From NCBI RefSeq assembly GCF_001194135.2, contig NC_068984.1:63427177-63491176 (forward strand): a stretch of 64,000 bases of DNA. Reading direction: 5' to 3'. The number at the start of each line of letters is the position of its first letter. Position 1 is the stretch's first letter. A program made the translations under genes and the position numbers. Shown piece after piece: positions 40,016 through 53,759 of the stretch. The stretch is from Octopus bimaculoides (Eukaryota). The notes below the pieces were generated by a model. That model saw only the letters and a list, made by a program, of their open reading frames with translations, was not told the origin of the DNA and searched no databases.

Positions 40016-42185
40016 CGCACTTGAATAACTCTGCCAATTGATATCTTGCTATTTCGCTGTTGGTGATTTCTGAATACCTTGAGAGAAGCCTAAGCTTCAT
40101 GAATTCAATTACAGAATATTCCCTATGAAGAAAGCACCAGATATTTCAGATTATTCAAAAGAACCGACTGTGTTTATCCGATCCCTGAGGTAGTTAATGT
40201 GATTGTAGTAGACTTCTACAAAACAATCCCTGAAAATTAACGTAACTGCGTCTTTTAAGTGGCGCACAATTATTACATCGTATTTTCCATCCGAATAAAT
40301 CTGGAATGTGAATCAGCGACACTGTAGAGAAAACGTTGCATTCTGTAAATGGTTCCAAAGTTATATATAATGAACAGTATTAAAAGCTTCCACGAATCAA
40401 TAAACCCATAATAGGAATATGTAGTGGAACCAATAGAAACTTGAATATTCTCAGCTATGATCATTAGCGCACGGAAGCTTAAGTTTCATGAATGAAGAAT
40501 GAGCTGATTGAAACGGGAACAAATGAGCTCATCAACAATATTAGTAACTTTGAGCATATAAATGTATGAAATTTGATATTGTTATATCTAAAACAGACAG
40601 AAGCATTGAGATGAGTAAAATTCTGAAGTATTGAATATACACTTTAGTTTATATGTCAGCATTATTCAACTCTAAAAATATATTTAAGAGACAACCGATG
40701 ATAACATTTAAAAAATATATAAAATGCTTATCAGGTAAGTTCAACAATAATATAAAATGAATGTGATGGAAGTTGTACTGACTTATAAATTAGAAATTGG
40801 GTGTTACTTTTCCAATTGAGTTAAATGAGAAAGGTAACTGTCATTAGGATACTTGCTTAACTCCGAAATTAATAACGTTATAAATGATGGATTAAAAAGA
40901 ACATTTACCTTAGTGAAATGGCAGAAGTACTTGAATACTTTCTTAGTATCACGGTATTTGTGTAAATATGTAGTTGGGCGCATGTGTAAGAAAACGACAT
41001 TTTCTGTTTTCATATATGATAATGAATCACAAATTGGAGATCTGGCAGAACCTTTAGCGCATTGGACAAAATACTTTCGGCAGTTCTTCCAGATATTTAC
41101 TTTGTGAGTTAAAAAGCAATCGGGGGAATTTGCCTTTGATCATTTGACGGGTCGATGAAATATGTGTAAGTTGATCAATGGGGCTATATAATCGACTACA
41201 GCCTCCCCGAATATTTGAAGCATTGTGTCTGTAGTAGAAAGAGTTTATAATGTACCGAAATAAATCTTTGTATTTTACCTGTATGAACTATACAGTGTAT
41301 CAGAAATTGTTTATAGAAATATAAGAATTGAAAGAACCGCCAAGAACGAAAGTAATCAATTCAGTATATACCTATTATGTAAATGAATTCCGTGTTGTAT
41401 TGCTAATCACGATCGCACTGTCTACAAACGTTCACGTTTTTAGTCAAGTGTCTCTATTTACTACCAATATGCTTTGCTTTCTGAACTTAGCAGAAGTTCT
41501 CATCTCTTTTCAGAGATTCAAATTTGTTATTAAAATTATTCCGTGACTTTCATACAATAGCAATAATATACATCAGTACCTGCTGTAGTATATACCAAAT
41601 AAATAGAAAATGATAATTCATACGATGCTATGATTTTATCCGAACACTATATCCGTAGATCTAGTTATAACAGTTGAAACTTTTCATGTAATATGCACGT
41701 AAAAACCATTTATGTGTGAAAATGTGGAGAACACTCTCATTCCTGACTGATAATTATATTATAGCTTTATCCATTTATCCACTTGGATGATCTAAATGAT
41801 TCCGACTGGTCTCATGAAGACGTCTCTTAAATAAAGTTTTATATATCGGACGATGCAGTTAAATGTGTGGTTGATTTATTTTCATTTAAGCGAATTCAAC
41901 TTTCAGATATGTAACAAAATTCAATTATGGTAACCGATTTCTTTTGAACTCAGACTATTCCAAGTCAAACAAATTATGCATTATAAACAACTATAACTCT
42001 CGGTCTTGATCAATTTCTCTAATCACTCCCCCTACTGCCTCCTCACCATAGTCATCATTATCATTAATATCATCTTTAAACCTCCTTCCCATCATCATTA
42101 ATACTTTATCGGCGACATTTCCATATACATACATACTTACACGCATACACATATACCAGTGTCTGTGTATAAATGCATACATACG

Positions 42186-42245
<60 letters not shown>

Positions 42246-42779
42246 GTGTAGATACATTGGGATAGTTATATGAAATCACGCATATTATATAATACAATGT
42301 ATTACATGCTAACAATGTATGTCTGGTGATTCAATGTACAGAATAGTACCGATTTTCCAAATATTCCGGATATTACATCATTTTCAGAATTCTGTTTGAA
42401 AAGAACGTCACTGATTCTAATATTAGTATTGTAGTAAAGTACATAACATATGTATTACCAAATATACAAGCCTCTAGGATGAAATTTTAAGTTCATAGTG
42501 CTGGTTCGTTTCTGTGTCAATTGTATATGTGAGGTTTGGTATATATATATACAGGGCAAGTCAGCTATTTGAAAACTAATTTGTCAAGAGGAACAATATA
42601 TTTTTATACAATTTGGTACACATATTCTTATGTATGCATTCGTCATCAGCCTCGATACGGCTCCTGAAACTAATAAATGCGTTGACCATGTGAAATTATT
42701 GATGTCGTTCATAAAAGTGCCCAACAGCAGATATCAACGAGTCGTTGGTATAGTGGGTACACACAAGGTTTCTCAGTTA

Positions 42780-42960
42780 TTTTCAATGTGGATTGTACTG
42801 TTAAATCGTATAGTTTGTATTATGATATTCCGTGTCGACCATAATTACAGCTTTTTCTATATCGACTTCTTTAATTGTTATTTCTTCATTATCTTTTAAT
42901 TTATCTAAGTTATCTCATTCACTCTGGTTTGCTTTTTGGCTTGTGAGTGTGTTGATATGG
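42780..42960 (-). mobile_element. Possible Penelope RT N-terminal fragment
   Basis: DNLDKLKDNEEITIKEVDIEKAVIMVDTEY resembles LxxLKxNxxIxIKxADKGxAVVIMD. Confidence 0.45.
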
Positions 42961-43009
42961 GTAACTCAAAATATATCCACAGGTAGGTCAAAGGTTTTGT
43001 TCTTACTTT

Positions 43010-43885
43010 CTACTGGGATGTAGTTACTGTTGTATCTTACCTCTTGTCGGGATGTAGTTACTGTTGACACGTCGTTCATTTTGTAGTACGTTTCTATGGT
43101 GATGCTTAATCTTCTGCTTTCACTATTTGTCAGTGTAATCCCGTGTCCCCATGGTTGATCCGTCAAGCAGAGTCCCAAGTCAGTCCCAATCTCTGCCAGA
43201 CTGCTGTGACCATGTAGTATGTGGTCAACCAACATGATATGTCAACCCAGACAGTTCCACAGTGAAAATTGTACGACAAGAAGGTTCCAATTCGGAAAAT
43301 TAATCAACATGACCAGTTTGAGCCGGCGCTCCCAAATCACGTATCATACAAGGAACAGGACATATCTCTTTTACTGGTTTTATACAATATCCGACTGCGA
43401 AGTCTTGGTGCCAGATTAGTCCAGGCGGCTCCAAAAGGATCTGGATAGTATCGAAATTCCAAAACTACAGAGCAGGACAAGGAGAAACAGAGACCTAAAC
43501 ATTCGAAACTTTATCTTCCTGCACAGATATGGGCTGCGCTAAACACCTTTGGTCAATAAGCCAACAAATACACCAGCTTGTACAAATCATTTTACGACCT
43601 CAGACTCGCAGATACTGCCCGTATGAATCTCACTTACGACATAACTTCAGTTAACAACTTTGACATCCTCAGCCGCAACTGAGGCAAAGTGGTTTCATCT
43701 AAGAAGCCAACGAAGGACTGGATCTTTGTCTTGACCCAAGAGACTCTAAGGCCAAGTAATTCCGCTTCCTTATTCAGTGAAAGGAGAACACTCCTTAAAA
43801 CATCCAGAGACTCAGCAAGAATAACTGCGTCATCTGCAAAATCTAGGACTGTAATCCTATTTTCACCGGAAGTGCACCACAAGTC
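43010..43885 (-). mobile_element. RTE-clade LINE 3' fragment (RT core to 3' end), decayed
   Basis: ORF 43634-43882: ITVLDFADDAVILAESLDVL...EAELLGLRVSWVKTKIQSF (FADD motif), followed by frameshifted YLCRKIKFRMFRSL... An 18-bp direct repeat GGGATGTAGTTACTGTTG occurs twice at the 3' end. Confidence 0.85.
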
Positions 43886-45649
43886 GATCGAGCCGCAATT
43901 AGTAATATATATTTTATGCTATGGTCCAGAAATATTGTTTGTTTTCGTCAATATATTCCAGGTGATTCAAACTCAGCGTATGTAGTAATCTAATACTTGT
44001 AAACCAATGTTCTTATATATATATTATAAACCTTACATTCTACGTGGTTTTAATATTTATAGAATATTTTCTAAATGTATTCAACGAGCAAAAATGATTT
44101 AAGCCTGGAATATGAAACTCTCCTTATAGGTTCAGTGATGTATTCAATGATTTGGATTTTAGAAATCAATCTATTTAAATCCAAAGCTCATACTTGGAGC
44201 ATCTAATTAGTATATGAATGTATCGAATTTTACATTTTAGCGGATATCCATAAATACATAGTCAAATATTATTGATTAACCGACGCTAACTAAACTATTT
44301 CTACAAGAGCGAAAGAGATGCATAGTAATACCAACATAGTATAACAGTCAGATATTTGTATGAATATAAAATCGAAACCGTTAGACCAGAATTTATAACG
44401 GAATTCAAGAATTCATGTTTCTGGATGATAAATGTATGAGTCAAAACCAAAGAAATATTCGAAACAACATTACAAGAATAACTGCAATAAATTGCCTTCT
44501 TATTATTTTCCCTCTATATGTGTACATTGATAAACTGCATCAATTCAGATCATACATATTTATGTGCATGTATGTCAATGTGTGCAGTATATTTCTCTTT
44601 ATTTGCGTCCTTATATACATATATATATATATAAACAAATATACGCCTTTATATATATGCATATATTGATATATAGAAACAATGAAATATGTATATATTT
44701 ATATATAGAAACATTGAAACGTTATATATATGTATCTATATAAGTAACGTCTATCATCACACTCTCCTCTCCCGTGTTTCTCTACCCTATTTCTCCCTCT
44801 ATAACGTGATCACCTACGTGTGCGTGCATAGATGTGAGTGAGTATGTGTGTGCATGACAGAGAGAGAGAGAGAGTGTGAGAGAGAGAGAGAGAGACAGAG
44901 AGAGAGAGACAGAGCAATATTTATGTTTGTACATGCATCCCAATGAGTCTATGTATTCGACGCATAACTACAAGTTTATATTGAGGTGTCCCAATATAAA
45001 ATTTAACTGATTCGTATATGAATATTTTAATACTCTTATTAATGTATACGCTGTTACGATATTATTTCTACACCACTTAGAAATTGTGTGTGAATTAAAC
45101 CCTCCGGTTCTTAAGATCGCCCCGCTTGGCTTATAAACACAATTTTGAAATAATCATCCGTACCACCCTTGATTACCGTGAAAGATTCATTAAATATACT
45201 TGCTTCGGAATATATTATTATAATTAGGATTGTAAGCTACTACAATGAATAAATAGAACTTACCTTTTCTTTCCCTTGGGCGACATACACAGCAATTATT
45301 TACATGAAAGCAATATAATGTACATAGAGCATATCTGAACACATATGGCCGTAGCAGAATTTGCAGTCTTAGAAACTGTTGCCATGACTTGCATAGGTTT
45401 CTTTGCAAATACTGTTTTATTTACTAGAAGTGTCATGTTAGATCATATTGGTAAAGTTTATCACATAAGATGTCGTATTGCCTACACAATACTAACTGCA
45501 ACGTATAATGCACTCAGCAGCAAATAAACACAGCTATCCATTTGATAATTATCACTAAATAGTAGTATCATATCGTAATCAGCTACTTACAGATAATCGC
45601 ATTAACTGTAGAATCACAGACCCTAACATTGTTTAGGATAAAACTTGTT

Positions 45650-45919
45650 TTAGTACATTTTCATACTCATATCGATCATATATGATTTAACAATGTTTTG
45701 ATTTGAGAGAATCGGTAGAACTGAGTACAAAATGCCGCAATATCGAGTTATTTGTTTCTGCTTTCAAGTTTGTATGGAACATTTCTTCCTTCTGATAAAA
45801 CAGGAACAAGCCTAGTAAACTATACTACCTTTTCGTACGCATATATGTTGCCTCTGGCTAGAAATCAAAACATTGTTAAGTCATTTAAGATGATCGATAT
45901 GAGTGTGTAAAAGTACTAA
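45650..45919. mobile_element. 270-bp MITE-like element with ~55-bp imperfect terminal inverted repeats
   Basis: 45650-45704 pairs with 45862-45919 (TTAGTAC...TCATATCGATCAT...TTAACAATGTTTTGATTT). Confidence 0.7.
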
Positions 45920-47037
45920 TGTTAATATCGTTTATTTTCATTAGTATAAAGTCTTCAGATATGAGAATTAAGAGTATAGTTCATTAAATTCCCAATCTTT
46001 GGTTTATTCGATCCTGCAATGTTGAATGACAAAGTCAACCTCGCGCACATTTTTAAAACATTTGGAAGGAAAATGGATGAATCTTGAAACGTAAATTCTA
46101 AAAACTACGGACTACGTTACAACTTGAATAGGTGTTCCTTTGTCAATATACCAGATTGGTTTAATCAATGGTATTTGGTAGAGAAAAACTTCATTCGAAA
46201 TTTTAAAGAGTAAACATTTAATAAGTGCTGAGAGTAAAGAGATGCTTGAACGTCACATAGTAATCGGTAAGGTCACAAACTGTGACGAAAGGACTGTGAT
46301 AGGATAAATCATCAACTAACACATTTGATTAACTACTTGATTTTATTCATAATATCAGTTTCAGAAAACGATTCTGATATTAAAAAAAAATCTTGTAAAT
46401 TAAAAAAAAAAAAAGAACCAATGTTTTGAAGGTATGGGAAGTCTGTTTTAGTAGTTACTGCACCAAGAATCATATCTGCAAAAGAAACAACGTTCGGTTC
46501 TTCAAATATAAAACCGAAATCTGTTTGACTTATTTCACTTTATTCTACTTATGGAGTAGACATGTTTACATTTACCCAATGTGACTGAAGACACAGAGAT
46601 TTAAGTTAAATCTTGCACAATTTACAAACGATATTACCTGTATCCCGCTTTGTGCGAAATTTCTGCAATTCCTAATTCACATCCAATCGGATCTGAATCG
46701 ATGTTGCCCGTATCATTTAACTTTCTTAACGTTTCATTACCTCAGATCTGTCGAAATATTTTCTGCCAGGAATTTATTTTTAAGATTATAAATGCTGATA
46801 TTACAAAATATTACTAATTATGTAAAACATTGCTTGAAATATTTCTTTCTTAGCTTCATTTAAACCAAAATGAAAATCATCAGAACATTATCGCATTCTC
46901 AAGCCTATATATGATAAACTAGCAGCACTTGTACTTTGCCGAAGAGGAGGCATTGCACAATTTAAGCATGTTTTGTAATATTATAATGTGAAATCGTATT
47001 GAGGTCAAATCCAGTGAAAAATATATGCCAATCATAC

Positions 47038-47089
47038 CTTTATTGTCGAGAAAGATTTGCTCTACATAATATAGCCGCATAATATATAA
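47038..47089 (-). CDS. Candidate 52-nt internal exon (LYIMRLYYVEQIFLDNK), product unknown
   Basis: Acceptor gcttgttttgaattttcag, donor AAG|gtatga, one open frame. No homology is recognised and it may be chance. Confidence 0.2.
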
Positions 47090-48159
47090 CTGAAAATTCA
47101 AAACAAGCGTGGGATTACAAATTTTCTGTTATCAGTAGAATATTGTGCGTTTATACGATTGTTGAATTCACTTGCTGTTTCTCCCTACGGCACTTTTCGT
47201 TAGTATCTATTTTCCTATTCTCTTCAAATAACACAATTCCTTATTTAAATATCTATGGTCTTGGATAGATTCTATAATCTACATTTCTTATGAAAACCCC
47301 CAATGCTTTTATTATCAGAAGCTTCGAAAAATCCTGTTAACACCAATAGGTAGTAAGTTAAGAGGCTATTTTGTTTTCAATAGAATGTTCATGTGTAATT
47401 TTGTTTAATTGCACCTGTGAGGTAATTGAGAAAACGAGCATGTTACTTTTCAAATCACAATCGAGAAGAAATAAATGTTGAATTATGATTCTTTATCCAA
47501 GCACGATTAATATAACTATAAATGTATACACAATCACTCCTTAAGAAAATCACGAATAAAATAACACGTGCTAAAAATATTTTTGTGCCAAACTGTTTAG
47601 TTTACAGAGACAATTTTCAGTGAGCTTTCGATATATGTGTGATTGAAATAGACGTAAATGATTATGAATTCATCAATATAGTTTTGAAATAGTGTATCCA
47701 AATATTCCAAGCCATTAAAATCAGAAAATGTTCTAGAGAAAATAAAAACGATTCGGAAACATTCATTAATAAAATGCTTTCCTCATATTCAATATTTCTG
47801 TTGGAAAATATATTATACACTAAATTTCAAATGCATTATTTAACTGTATGTTAGAAACGAAACCATTTTACGTTCTGCTATTATAGAAATTTTTCATACA
47901 TGTTGTAAACGTTAAACCTAATGTACCAGCAGGATATACAGATTCAAAATTAATATTTATATTTCTGTGGATAACTGGCTACAATATGCGGATCAAATAT
48001 ATTCTAGAAGTGTTTAGCAAAAAGTACTCATAACAATAACTATGCAACACGATATATTAAACAAAAGTTATAACAATGAATAAGTGGATCTTCAAGACTG
48101 AATTAACAGTGAACAATTTTTTTTTACTTTATTAATATTTAATTTTAGATTACGGCTAC

Positions 48160-48560
48160 AAGGTAGCAGAATGTTTAGCACTCCGGGCAAAATGCTAAGC
48201 GTTACTTTGCACCTCTTGACGGTCTGAATTCAAATTCCAAAGAGGTCGACTTTACCTTTCATCCTTTCGGGGTTGATAAAATAAGTACCAGTTGATTATT
48301 GGATTGATGGCCCCAAAACTGATGGCCACAATTTAATTTTAGGTAACGGTGGCAAGGTGGCAGAATCGTTAGCACGCCGGAGGAAATGATTAGTATCATT
48401 TTGTTCGTCTTTACGTGTTAAATTCAAAGCCCTGAGAGGACAACATTTCCTTCCGTCCTTTTGGGGTCGGTAGAATAAAAATCAATTGAGCACTGGCATC
48501 AGTGTAATGGACTTTTGGCGCAAAGCCAAGATTGGTGGCCTTTTGTCACAATTTGTAGTT
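48160..48560 (+). mobile_element. Two head-to-tail diverged SINE family A copies (~48160-48310 and ~48345-48560)
   Basis: Both carry GCAGAAT(C)GTTAGCAC and CCTTT(C/T)GGGGT motifs of the 63210 copy. Confidence 0.75.
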
Positions 48561-49699
48561 AATGTTTCATTGTAGGTTCCAATTTGAAATCATAGAACGA
48601 TTGGCGTTTTCATCCTTGAACGACGTTAACAAAATTGTATGTGTCGGGTAGTGGGATCAATTAAAAATTTGTTTTCATCGATTTCGAAAAATACACACAT
48701 AGACACACTGTAAATACACAATTGCAAAATACTCTTTTGGATACGTGTTGGAGTGAAATGCATATTTTGCTAAATATCTTAGTGCTAAAGCAAAACTGAG
48801 TAGAAATCCTGCGGTAACTAAGCATGATGCAGATACTAATGTCATTAATGCACTTCGGGATATTCAGTTCTTAGATATGAAGGCATATAGGCTAATGGCT
48901 ACGGGGGTTTTGTTTCACAATTATAATGTCGTCGCTTCAGCTTCAGCTACTCGTATTAGCAGCACATCGTGTCCTTTGGTGAGGCGTATCATTTGTCATT
49001 GCGTATCAAACAAGTGCTTGTGTAGCCTTCAATTTTTTCTCCAGTTGTCACCTGCTCGATGGATTTATCATATCTTATCGGTATTAAATATGCATCCAAA
49101 ACGATACTAAGTCATCCGAGTTTGCGAGTAACTTTGAATTTCACCTTAGCGGGTAGTTCTTATTCAGCTGACGAAGAATACATATAGTATTTTTAGGAGA
49201 ACTAAAACAACAGAACATAGTGAATTCTATCAACAATTTGATAAATAGATAAAATGCAATTGTTGAATCACTGGGAAATGATTCTTTTCACTGTTTTGAT
49301 TCTTTTAACTGTTTTGCAGGGATATGAAACCCCAACAAAAATATCTCTAGCTTAAAATGAAGACTATATCATTGATATTTTCTAGCAATGTAGTAAAAAG
49401 TATGAATATTAGCGGATCATATTTTATCCTCTCATTTAATATACAGTATATTTGACGTTTAATGCATAATGTGTAACAAGTGAAAGATGTGCAGTTGCTT
49501 ACTCCAATGCTACAATATGTCTAAGAATTTCACAATTTAGCTACTTATGTGCACTAGAAAATGTAAGCATATTGTAAAAAAAATATGCTCCGGTTAGGGG
49601 AGCTATATATACGTCAGAAATATATTTAGTTTTACAAATAAATAGAATATCAACAATTTTTTGCGTTAGGCAAACACTGATTTGCCCGAGATTCAATAT

Positions 49700-50070
49700 A
49701 TACTAACAGAATCCAAAGAATATTTCTTTATATGAAGCTTAAGCAGAGAAGTTTGTACTCTACAAGGAAAACTTCACGGTACATATTATATCACAAGACG
49801 GCCAATCTGGTTGGGAAGTCTCTTACCTAACTGACATGGTTAAAGGGTCCCTAATTTATAGATAATCATTGTAAACTAGCTGATGCATTAAACATAAATG
49901 ACAATATACCTTTAAAAACAATATATATATGCAACCATCTGGCAACATGTGGTCATCAAACTTTTATTATATTTCCATTCCATAAACTTTACAACCGGAA
50001 TGAAATTGAAAGAAAATGCAAAGAAAAGGACTTTATTAAGAAATTCAAACCCACTCTTAACAAACAATGA
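49700..50070 (+). mobile_element. Penelope-like GIY-YIG extreme 3' remnant (a third PLE family)
   Basis: HLATCGHQTFIIFPFHKLYNRNEIERKCKEKDFIKKFKPTLNKQ* fits the PLE ending FPFxK...RxxKExxFIxxFKPxLN. Confidence 0.65.
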
Positions 50071-50086
50071 TTAAATTTATCTTACT

Positions 50087-50276
50087 TGGGGTTTAAAAAT
50101 CGTATCCCTATAACCAAAACACAAAAAATCTCTCAGATATCATCATTTCTATAAATAGATTTGGCATCATTTCTAAGAACAGCCAAACACCTACTGGGGT
50201 TTAAAAATCGTATCCCTACAACCCAAACACAAAACAATAAATTAAAATATCATCATTTCTAAAAATAGATTTGACA
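50087..50276. repeat. ~108-bp tandem duplication running into a gap
   Basis: TGGGGTTTAAAAATCGTATCCCTA...ATATCATCATTTCTA..AATAGATTTG occurs at 50087 and 50195. Confidence 0.85.
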
Positions 50277-50711
50277 NNNNNNNNNNNNNNNNNNNNNNNN
50301 NNNNNNNNNNNNNNNNNNNNNNNNNNNNNNNNNNNNNNNNNNNNNNNNNNNNNNNNNNNNNNNNNNNNNNNNNNNNNNNNNNNNNNNNNNNNNNNNNNNN
50401 NNNNNNNNNNNNNNNNNNNNNNNNNNNNNNNNNNNNNNNNNNNNNNNNNNNNNNNNNNNNNNNNNNNNNNNNNNNNNNNNNNNNNNNNNNNNNNNNNNNN
50501 NNNNNNNNNNNNNNNNNNNNNNNNNNNNNNNNNNNNNNNNNNNNNNNNNNNNNNNNNNNNNNNNNNNNNNNNNNNNNNNNNNNNNNNNNNNNNNNNNNNN
50601 NNNNNNNNNNNNNTTATATATTGTATATTCCATATTCTATACCCCACATTGGTTCTGCAGGAATATAAATAAAACATAAAAAACAGACAGTGTTGGAACT
50701 CTTTTAAACAA

Positions 50712-50750
<39 letters not shown>

Positions 50751-51202
50751 AGTTTAAGTATGTTGTCCCTTTGAGGAGTTATATTATTATTAAGGGTGTA
50801 TATAATTATTACATATACATATATGTATGCATGCGTATGTATGCGTATATATAAGTATCTGTGAACTGAGTTGGTATTGCTTTATTTTCACCATATCATA
50901 GTTTCGTGGCAAGATATTCTACTGCACATTGCCCCATGTATCCTTTCCGAATGCAAATATAAACTAGGTCCTCTGGAAATACCTGAAGGAAACTGTACCA
51001 GTATAGAGTGCAATATTACCATCACTGGAGTGCAATTTCACTCACCCACACCAAATGAGCGGAGATTATATAGCAGGTACAATATTGAAATTGGACATGT
51101 TCTCACGAGCTAACTAGAATGGATACAATTGGAAACTTTTTTTTACAATAACCATTATCTCTGAGATGGATACAAATATTGCAACAGTAAATTTACTAAT
51201 AT

Positions 51203-51373
51203 AGTTCTATATTTAAGAGATGAGGAATTATGTACATTATTTACATTTGACGGATATTTGTCCTCATCTTGTTTGTTGTTAGCACAACCTTTCGGCTGAT
51301 ATACCCTCCAGCCTTCATCAGGTGTCTTGAGGAAATTTCGAACTTGCGTTCTCGTTCCTGATGTATTTTTCGA
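51203..51373 (-). mobile_element. Family-1 terminal repeat module with hammerhead motif at 51281-51326
   Basis: CTGATGA and stem II are perfect. Stem III reads AGGT instead of ACGT, and stem I has one mismatch. Confidence 0.85.
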
Positions 51374-51374
51374 T

Positions 51375-52042
51375 CTTCTTCTTCTTCTTCTTCTTCTTCT
51401 TCTTCTTCTTCTTCTTCTTCTTCTTCTTCTTCTTCTTCTTCTTCTTCTTCTTCTTCTTCTTCTTCTTCTTCTTCTTCTTCTTCTTCTTCTTNNNNNNNNN
51501 NNNNNNNNNNNNNNNNNNNNNNNNNNNNNNNNNNNNNNNNNNNNNNNNNNNNNNNNNNNNNNNNNNNNNNNNNNNNNNNNNNNNNNNNNNNNNNNNNNNN
51601 NNNNNNNNNNNNNNNNNNNNNNNNNNNNNNNNNNNNNNNNNNNNNNNNNNNNNNNNNNNNNNNNNNNNNNNNNNNNNNNNNNNNNNNNNNNNNNNNNNNN
51701 NNNNNNNNNNNNNNNNNNNNNNNNNNNNNNNNNNNNNNNNNNNNNNNNNNNNNNNNNNNNNNNNNNNNNNNNNNNNNNNNNNNNNNNNNNNNNNNNNNNN
51801 NNNNNNNNNNNNGGAGGAGAAGGAGGAGAAGGAGTAGAAGAAGAAGAAGAAGAAGGAGGGCAAGGAGGAGAAGGAGGAGAAGAAGGAGGAGAAGGAGTAG
51901 AAGAAGAAGAAGAAGAAGAAGGAGGAGAAGGAGGAGAAGGAGTAGAAGAAGAAGAAGGAGGAGGAGAAGGAGAAGGAGGAGAAGAAGAAGAAGAAGAAGA
52001 AGAAGAAGAAGAAGAAGAAGAAGAAGAAGAAGAAGAAGAAGA
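51375..52042. repeat. (CTT)n, gap, then (GGA/GAA)n polypurine tract
   Basis: Directly visible; explains the poly-L/E/K ORFs. Confidence 0.95.
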
Positions 52043-52180
52043 AGATCTTAAAATACCTTAGGAATGAGAACCCAGGTTCGAAATTTTCCCAAGAAACCTG
52101 ATGAAGGCTTGAGTGTATATCAGCCGAAAAGTTGTGTTAACAACAAAGATGAGCACAAATATCCGTCAAATGTAAATAAG
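52043..52180 (+). mobile_element. Family-1 terminal repeat module with hammerhead motif at 52093-52138
   Basis: GAAAC-CTGATGA-A-GGCTT-GAGTGTATAT-CAGCC-GAA-AAGT-T-GTGTT, with a substitution in each stem. Confidence 0.85.
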
Positions 52181-53759
52181 AATAAATTTGCTTTATATAA
52201 TGTTACCTTTTAAAGTTGTCCTAATACTCACAGATAATGTTCCCAATTACTGGTATTAACATCAACTTGTAATGCTTATAATGATTATGTTTACAAACAT
52301 GGTCTCAAGTTTTATCACAACATTTTATATATCTAATGTGTTTAGAAGCGCTCTATCTGTCATGCCTTTGACATATTTGGTTTGTAGTATTTAATGTGTT
52401 ATTAATGAAATATTTCCCAAAACGGCAACAAACGAGAACAGAAGGCATTTTATGACAAATCATTTACCCAAAGGTAACAGAGAAATTACTTTGGCATTGG
52501 TAGCAAGGATCAGTAAATCCACAATTAATCTCTCGCATATGATTACATATGGACAAATCTATTTTAAGATTGTTATTTCATTATACTAATGAAATAACAT
52601 GTTCCCGTGGGAATTCGTGAGTAATTGAGATTTGAATTATGCAAGAAAAACAGAAAAGTAAAGCTATTGATTGGAATTCCGTACGAAATCAGTCTTGCAA
52701 GAAATGACAATAATTCATCTTATTATTATAAGAAATCCCGACTCAGGGATTGCACATCCTTTGGTTTCTGGTGATAGAATTAACAAAATACACCATTTTA
52801 TACATGAATTGTTTATATGAATTTTCTACACTTATTTTCAAGGAAATAAATTAATTAAACAGAATATAGTTTACATTAAAAACAATAAATAGAATAAAAT
52901 GCAATCAGCAGAAGTATTATACTATGATTGATTGTATTTAAGTAATTCTATAGAGCAAATATTCATTAAAATGCAAGAAGCCCTCTCTATAATAAAAAAA
53001 AGTCATAAATTAAAGTTTTAGGAGAACAAATTATACTCATGCATAGTTATCAGCATATATGCGCGGAAGGGTGTATGTATGCAAGTTTGTATTCAGCATA
53101 TACATAAACGTGTGTATAAGGTGTTATATAAAGATATTTGGCACACGTTAGTTCGTCTCTTAGGTTAGGTGCAAATCAGGCACTTCGCTGGCAAATGGCA
53201 ACCATCATCTCAAAGTTAATTATATTCCCTAATTATATTGCCTATAACTTCTGATCTAGAATTTGGATTGGAAGACCTTACCAGGATGGTCACACTACAA
53301 CCGATGTGTTGAACAGAGAGTCCTTTGTGATAGCACGCGAAAATAAAGGTCTTGAGAAAAGTACTGTTGCCTTATAGCGTTTTGCAGGCATGGATTTTCC
53401 AAATATTTTCCTTTTATCATTGATCGCCATGTTCTAATCGACTTTATATAAGCTTAAGAATGCATTATGATCCGAAATTCTCTTACTTTATGTTATCAAA
53501 TATCATTTTTATTCGTGTACATGTAGAATTATGAATACGGTAATTAAAATGGAACTTGAAATATTTCATACTTTTATTAGAAAGTATGAAATTTAATGAA
53601 ACTTAAAACCTTTTAATTTACATTTATCGTTGTAGTAGCCCCTTATTATAAATATGTAGCCGGCTATAATTGCATTTACATGTGTCTTTCATCCTTCCGA
53701 CGAAAATATTCGACGATTCCAACTGGAGCGACGTATCATGTGAGTTGATAATATATTTA

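Noticed and set aside
40097-40171. Plus-strand 75-nt exon candidate NIPYEESTRYFRLFKR...
   Set aside because: It resembles the CR1 RT tail (LPYEERL), so a LINE remnant is more likely than a host exon.
45263-45333. Minus-strand exon candidate YALCTLYCFHVNNCCVCRPRERK with a strong donor
   Set aside because: Its phase is incompatible with the 47038 candidate, the acceptor is weak, and no homology is recognised.
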